IMG/VR virus record: IMGVR_UViG_3300036766_000678
Span: 64,001 to 128,000 of that record
Length of the DNA stretch: 64,000 bases
Reading direction: 5' to 3' (one strand)
From: a virus
How positions within the stretch are numbered: position 1 is the first letter of the stretch; each line of letters begins with the position of its first letter. The notes under the pieces are model-generated. The model did no database searches, was not told the DNA's origin, and worked only from the letters and a program-made list of their open reading frames with translations. The position numbers and the translations under genes were made by a program. This document shows, in pieces, positions 59,631-64,000 of the stretch.

Positions 59631-59689
59631 TATTCCCTATATACACCACTTTTAGTTATATTTTTACATCAAAAACAATATTACCTACT
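59631..59689 (-). promoter_or_regulatory. Conserved ~59-bp intergenic motif, copy B
   Basis: 55/59 identical to 23792..23850. Confidence 0.6.
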
Positions 59690-59692
59690 ACG

Positions 59693-59929
59693 TTACTTTG
59701 TAACTGAAAAACCTACTGCTTCCAACCTTCCAATTAATACAGACAAATCATCTGGCCCGTAATCCACGACCCCAATTTGCTTGATAGCAGTATGAAGATC
59801 GTCAATTGTCAGTTGTTTTTTGGGCCATTGTTTCAATAAAATCTCTGAAATATAATTAGGGTCTATAGTGAAACCACCATATTTAATTACTTTCAATTTA
59901 TAGGAACTTCCAATCTTATTTAATGCCAT
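59693..59929 (-). CDS. Hypothetical protein with protease-like N-terminus
   Basis: MALNKIGSSYK versus MSLQKIGSSWK of the prohead protease. Confidence 0.55.
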   Translation of the reverse strand: MALNKIGSSYKLKVIKYGGFTIDPNYISEILLKQWPKKQLTIDDLHTAIKQIGVVDYGPDDLSVLIGRLEAVGFSVTK

Positions 59930-59930
59930 A

Positions 59931-60596
59931 TTATTTACCTAGAAAATGTCGGACATCTTGAATAGAAACCGCTAAAGTTATTCCTGACCAACTAAAAGAA
60001 CTGCCTTCAGTCATTGCATTAACTCCCACTAATTCTCCTCTATAATTAAAAACACCTCCACCAGAAGAACCTGAATTAATGGCAGCATCTGTTACTATGT
60101 ATAAACTTTTATATAATTCTATTTCAACATTTAAAGCAGATACAATACCATGAGAAACTAAAAATTCCATATTAAATGGGCTTCCAACATTTATAATCTC
60201 TTCTCCAACTTTTAAATGTTTACCTAATTTGACATATTTATGACGTAATCCTTTTACACGAAGAAGACTTAAATCGTGGAGGGCATCTAACTTAATTACT
60301 TCTGCTGTATATGATTTTCCATTTATATCCCTAATCCAAATTTGTGAGGGAACAGTGGGTTGAAAACAATGCCCAGCAGACAGTATTTCATCCTTAGAAA
60401 TAAATGTGCCAGAACATCCGCCACGTAAAATTTGTTCTTTACCTTCTTTATTTTTAATTTTAGCTTTTATATGAATAAGTACAGAAGCTTTAAGTGCTCG
60501 ATTAGTGGCTCTTTCGTAATTCATTTTTGCATTGGCACAACTAGAAGAACTTAAAACTATCGTGCTAGTTAGCAACATAGCTAGTAATTTTCTCAT
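59931..60596 (-). CDS. Trypsin-like (HtrA-type) serine protease with signal peptide
   Basis: SAGHC, DLSLL, TDAAINSGSSGG triad motifs; hydrophobic N-terminus. Confidence 0.88.
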   Translation of the reverse strand: MRKLLAMLLTSTIVLSSSSCANAKMNYERATNRALKASVLIHIKAKIKNKEGKEQILRGGCSGTFISKDEILSAGHCFQPTVPSQIWIRDINGKSYTAEVIKLDALHDLSLLRVKGLRHKYVKLGKHLKVGEEIINVGSPFNMEFLVSHGIVSALNVEIELYKSLYIVTDAAINSGSSGGGVFNYRGELVGVNAMTEGSSFSWSGITLAVSIQDVRHFLGK

Positions 60597-60604
60597 AAAA
60601 TTCC

Positions 60605-60826
60605 TTATAAATTTTTATTATACAAATATTCGAAATACTCAAGATTGGACATTGGAGTATAGAAATCACAAGGGCATTTCCCCGTTTGTGACCAGATACA
60701 CCAAGATATAGCAGGTTTATCTTCTATAAGAATTCCTTGTTGGTAAGTTTCAATACTACCTAAATCTTTATGGTCTTCATAAGAATGATAACAATTACAA
60801 AGAAGATGTACTTTCTTTTCTTTCAT
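60605..60826 (-). CDS. NLEYLE-family microprotein
   Basis: CNCYHSYEDH..CPCDFYTPMSNLEYFEYLY. Confidence 0.7.
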   Translation of the reverse strand: MKEKKVHLLCNCYHSYEDHKDLGSIETYQQGILIEDKPAISWCIWSQTGKCPCDFYTPMSNLEYFEYLYNKNL

Positions 60827-61040
60827 AACACCATTCCAAATACTCTAAATTATCTGATGGGATATATCTCAAACAAATACATCTATTAGTTCGACAAATT
60901 CTCCCCAAATATTCACTATCTCTATGTTGATAATTTAGACAAGAAGTATTTTTAGAAGTATGCCAACTAGGAGAACATTTGCACGTCTTGCAAACACTAT
61001 TAAAACGCTGATGGATCTTTACTTCTTTCTTTTTTATCAT
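60795..61040 (-). CDS. NLEYLE-family microprotein
   Basis: CKTCKC..WH..CICLRYIPSDNLEYLE. Confidence 0.7.
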   Translation of the reverse strand: MIKKKEVKIHQRFNSVCKTCKCSPSWHTSKNTSCLNYQHRDSEYLGRICRTNRCICLRYIPSDNLEYLEWCYERKESTSSL

Positions 61041-61344
61041 ATAAATGTTCTAAATATTCTAGGTTATCTTTTGGTGTATATTCTTTGCATTGGCAATTTA
61101 CAAACGTAACTGCCCCCCAATCGGAAAATTCAACACACTGATCATTAAGGTGGGCATGATTACAATCTCTACATCTTTTGGTAGTAGGTATAATTGTGCT
61201 AGGGCTAGTTGTAGTAGTCGTATAAGTATAAGGATAAGGATTTGTATTGGGAGAATACGAAGGATCTATTCCAGTAGTTGTATTATAATTCCAAATAGGA
61301 TTATTTGTTGCTAACACATTAGCCGTTGTAACACTATTAAACAT
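61000..61344 (-). CDS. NLEYLE-family protein with T/P/Y-rich N-terminus
   Basis: CRDCNHAH..CQCKEYTPKDNLEYLEHLY. Confidence 0.7.
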   Translation of the reverse strand: MFNSVTTANVLATNNPIWNYNTTTGIDPSYSPNTNPYPYTYTTTTTSPSTIIPTTKRCRDCNHAHLNDQCVEFSDWGAVTFVNCQCKEYTPKDNLEYLEHLYDKKERSKDPSAF

Positions 61345-61534
61345 TTATCTCTCCTTTTCGTTTCTTATCATATAAGTATTCTAGGTATTCTAAGTTATTT
61401 CTAGGTTCATAACCTAAACACTCAGAAGCACCATTTAAAAGTTTTGGGCAATAACAATGTATTGGAACATACTCACTCTCAGAATTTCCATAATAATGTA
61501 AACAATTACAATTTCTACATGTACTTAAAAACAT
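61337..61534 (-). CDS. NLEYLE-family microprotein
   Basis: CRNCNCLH..CLGYEPRNNLEYLEYLY. Confidence 0.7.
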   Translation of the reverse strand: MFLSTCRNCNCLHYYGNSESEYVPIHCYCPKLLNGASECLGYEPRNNLEYLEYLYDKKRKGEINV

Positions 61535-64000
61535 TATCTTTCAGGTGCGGCCAACTCAACAGCTCCGCCTTCGGGAGCTTCTACCATTTCTGGTGTTGCT
61601 CCAACTTCTCCTGGTACTTCTTCACCTACTCCTTCTGCACCTTCTTCTCCAGGTTCAATTGGTTCTATAGGTTCTACTGGTTCGGGCATTTCCCCACCCA
61701 TTCCACCCCCACCGGCACCTACTTCTCCACCGCCAGAAGGTTTACTAATTTTTGCGGGTATACGATCTTTCCCACCACCCTTATCAAAAATAGTACCTCT
61801 TTCTTGTTCAAGATTTTGTCTTTCAGTTTCAAAATCAAGCTCAGGAAATTTAGCGAAAAGAGTCTTTGTAGAAATAAGGCCCTTATCATGAAGATCCATC
61901 ATTCTGTCTTTTTCCGCATCTTCATCTTCAATATCCAAAGATTTATACCAAGAGATCTGTGGGAGAATTAATTCTTTTTTACCAGTAGCAGGATCAACAG
62001 TATAAAAATTATTCTTTTCTGCAATAGGTCTAAAGAAATGGTTTATCATCCAATCTTCAAATTTATCTCTTACGGTTTTATATTGCATAACAAGGGCATG
62101 TAATGCCATTGTTTTGCTATTACCAAAATTGGGGCCTTCTCCTAAGATAACGTTCTTGTTCACACCCATACCAACAAGCAATTGATCTTGAATGTAATCA
62201 TATTCAGCATTAAGAGGAAATTGTTTTCCCATAACACTTAATGGTTCATATTTAACAATGGGGGGAGCAAAAATACTAAATGGGGGATTCTGAATAGATT
62301 GATTAATTAAATTTTTCCAGTTACTAATATCCTGCTCACTTGGCATAGTATTGGAAGCTAAATCTCCAATAGTCCACAACTCTTTTGGGAACACATAATT
62401 TTGTGCGTAAGCGGATTGAGCGAGACGTATCCAGTCCTGAAGTATGAGGGCCTTAAATAAACAGTTGTGAACGAACACACCACAATCCAAAGCAAAGTTG
62501 TGAAAATTTCCAACAGATTTAATATCATATAATTCTTCTGCTGGTAAAATTTCTATGGATAAAACCTTATGGTTAAGTCTTTTTTTCTCTGCTACTTGTT
62601 TTTGTTTTTCAGCAGCATTTTTTCTAAATTCAGGAGAACGACGAATAGCTAATATTTTTGCAACATATTCTGGATCTTGCCAACGACGTTTCATTGACTC
62701 ACCTTGTACAAGAAAAGAGCCATTCTCATTCTTTGTTTGTGCTATTTTAGCTTTTACTTCAGGACGTTGCTGCACAATTTTTTGAGTTTCAGAAGTTTTC
62801 TTTCTATATTCAGGATCTGCTTTGCTTATACGCATGGCAGTAACAGCATTATTCCTATATTCTTCAGTTTCCCAAAGTTCTTTTAATCTTTCTGATTGAA
62901 TTTCATGCCGTTCTTCTTTTTCCCACGACCTAATTACCCCAGCAGTTAGATTTTTTATAAAATCTGGATTCTGTCTAGCTTTTTCAACTAATGCTTTGTG
63001 TAATTTTATATGATCCTTTCTGGATAAGACCAATAAATTTTCAGGTGTATTATCTGTTTTATGAAAATTTTGATGATGAACAATATCCTTTTTACTAACT
63101 GCCCCATTAATAAAATCGGCTACCACACGATGAGTATATTTCCAAGCATCATCGGCTGGATTATAGATAAGTTCATAGCCAGTAATAGTTCTGCTTTCTT
63201 CCCCAAGTTTACTAATTTTGGAATATAAAGGCATCAAACTTTCACCCACAGAAAGAAATTCAGCATTTTTATAAGATCCATCTCTAAGCACAATAGGGTG
63301 TTCCTTAGAACATTTAATATAATTCCCACTATCTAAAGTTATCTTATAAACTATATCTTTTTTGGTGAAAACAACTTCGTCTGCACGTCCTGGAACAATA
63401 CTATTATTTTTATCAATACTATAAACCCAAAAATTCTTTCTTTTTAGGTCAAAAAGTTCTTTCAAAGTTGGGGAAGTCCCATCCAACAAACGAATCTTTG
63501 TATCTCCCGTTAAACACTGTATGGGACTTGTCCCCCTCGTAGCAGAGGGGTCTGTAAGATCGGCAATCATCGACGTACAATTCTCATCTAGCTTAATATT
63601 TCGATGATCATTAATTGCATTAACAAGTTCTGGAGAAGACTCTTTTAATTTTTCTACTCTCTCCTGATCTTCGGGACGAGTGGAAGATACTAATGCTTTA
63701 AGTTCTTCCGTTGGAATTAATTCAAAAGTTTGAGTACCCGTAAGCATATCTGTTTTAATTTCAACAAGTTCTGGTTCCAATAACACAAAATTTGCCCAGC
63801 GATACAGTTTCTCTTCACCTTTTGGATTTTCAACATCCTGAGTCATATTTCCAAAACAAATAGCTTCACCAAATTTGTTATAAGAGATACTAGCTCTTAA
63901 AATATAGGAGAGAAGATTGAAATGCTGATTTGAACACATCTCTTCATAAAATTTCTTTACAGAAACATCTTGGACAACTAAATCAAATTTGGAAAATGGA
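61534..64000 (-). CDS. Portal protein (5' end outside window) with intein
   Basis: Frame is open to the window edge; portal-like features (LLVGMGV...G.GPNF, FF.PI..N.F, acidic G/E/P tail); upstream of the head genes. Confidence 0.75.
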   Translation of the reverse strand, partial: PFSKFDLVVQDVSVKKFYEEMCSNQHFNLLSYILRASISYNKFGEAICFGNMTQDVENPKGEEKLYRWANFVLLEPELVEIKTDMLTGTQTFELIPTEELKALVSSTRPEDQERVEKLKESSPELVNAINDHRNIKLDENCTSMIADLTDPSATRGTSPIQCLTGDTKIRLLDGTSPTLKELFDLKRKNFWVYSIDKNNSIVPGRADEVVFTKKDIVYKITLDSGNYIKCSKEHPIVLRDGSYKNAEFLSVGESLMPLYSKISKLGEESRTITGYELIYNPADDAWKYTHRVVADFINGAVSKKDIVHHQNFHKTDNTPENLLVLSRKDHIKLHKALVEKARQNPDFIKNLTAGVIRSWEKEERHEIQSERLKELWETEEYRNNAVTAMRISKADPEYRKKTSETQKIVQQRPEVKAKIAQTKNENGSFLVQGESMKRRWQDPEYVAKILAIRRSPEFRKNAAEKQKQVAEKKRLNHKVLSIEILPAEELYDIKSVGNFHNFALDCGVFVHNCLFKALILQDWIRLAQSAYAQNYVFPKELWTIGDLASNTMPSEQDISNWKNLINQSIQNPPFSIFAPPIVKYEPLSVMGKQFPLNAEYDYIQDQLLVGMGVNKNVILGEGPNFGNSKTMALHALVMQYKTVRDKFEDWMINHFFRPIAEKNNFYTVDPATGKKELILPQISWYKSLDIEDEDAEKDRMMDLHDKGLISTKTLFAKFPELDFETERQNLEQERGTIFDKGGGKDRIPAKISKPSGGGEVGAGGGGMGGEMPEPVEPIEPIEPGEEGAEGVGEEVPGEVGATPEMVEAPEGGAVELAAPER
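62464..63516 (-). mobile_element. Intein (351 aa) with HNH endonuclease
   Basis: Q|CLTGDTKI...THRVVA..VHH.NF.KTDN.PENL...LYDI...FVHN|C. Confidence 0.9.

Noticed and set aside
1-64000. Plus-strand ORFs in the track (e.g. 3986..4282, 29293..29709, 61444..61971)
   Set aside because: They are antisense shadows of well-supported minus-strand genes, with no motifs or RBS.
1-64000. Stop-codon reassignment (alternative genetic code)
   Set aside because: Genes are full-length and densely packed in the standard code; the only fragmented gene is explained by introns; no suppressor tRNA seen.

Overview
A 64 kb segment of a large, AT-rich myovirus-like phage genome covering virion morphogenesis. Essentially all real genes are on the minus strand. 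In transcription order (right to left): portal (5'-truncated, HNH intein), small Cys/His-rich paralogs, a secreted trypsin-like protease, prohead protease/scaffold (LAGLIDADG intein), head decoration protein, and a major capsid gene split into five exons by four group I introns (reconstructed 318 aa). Next come a small tRNA cluster, neck/fibre/accessory structural genes (one with a mini-intein), sheath, tube, frameshifted tail chaperones, tape measure, baseplate, tail fibres, an amidase and a methionine aminopeptidase. About 15 endonuclease domains are present (12 free-standing, 1 intronic, 2 in inteins). The most notable unexplained features are the four-intron capsid gene, a 10-member 'NLEYLE' microprotein family, a 31-nt 23S rRNA-like segment, a repeated ~59-bp intergenic motif, apparently leaderless accessory genes and atypical tRNAs. 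All product calls come from motif recognition and synteny; no database searches were run.
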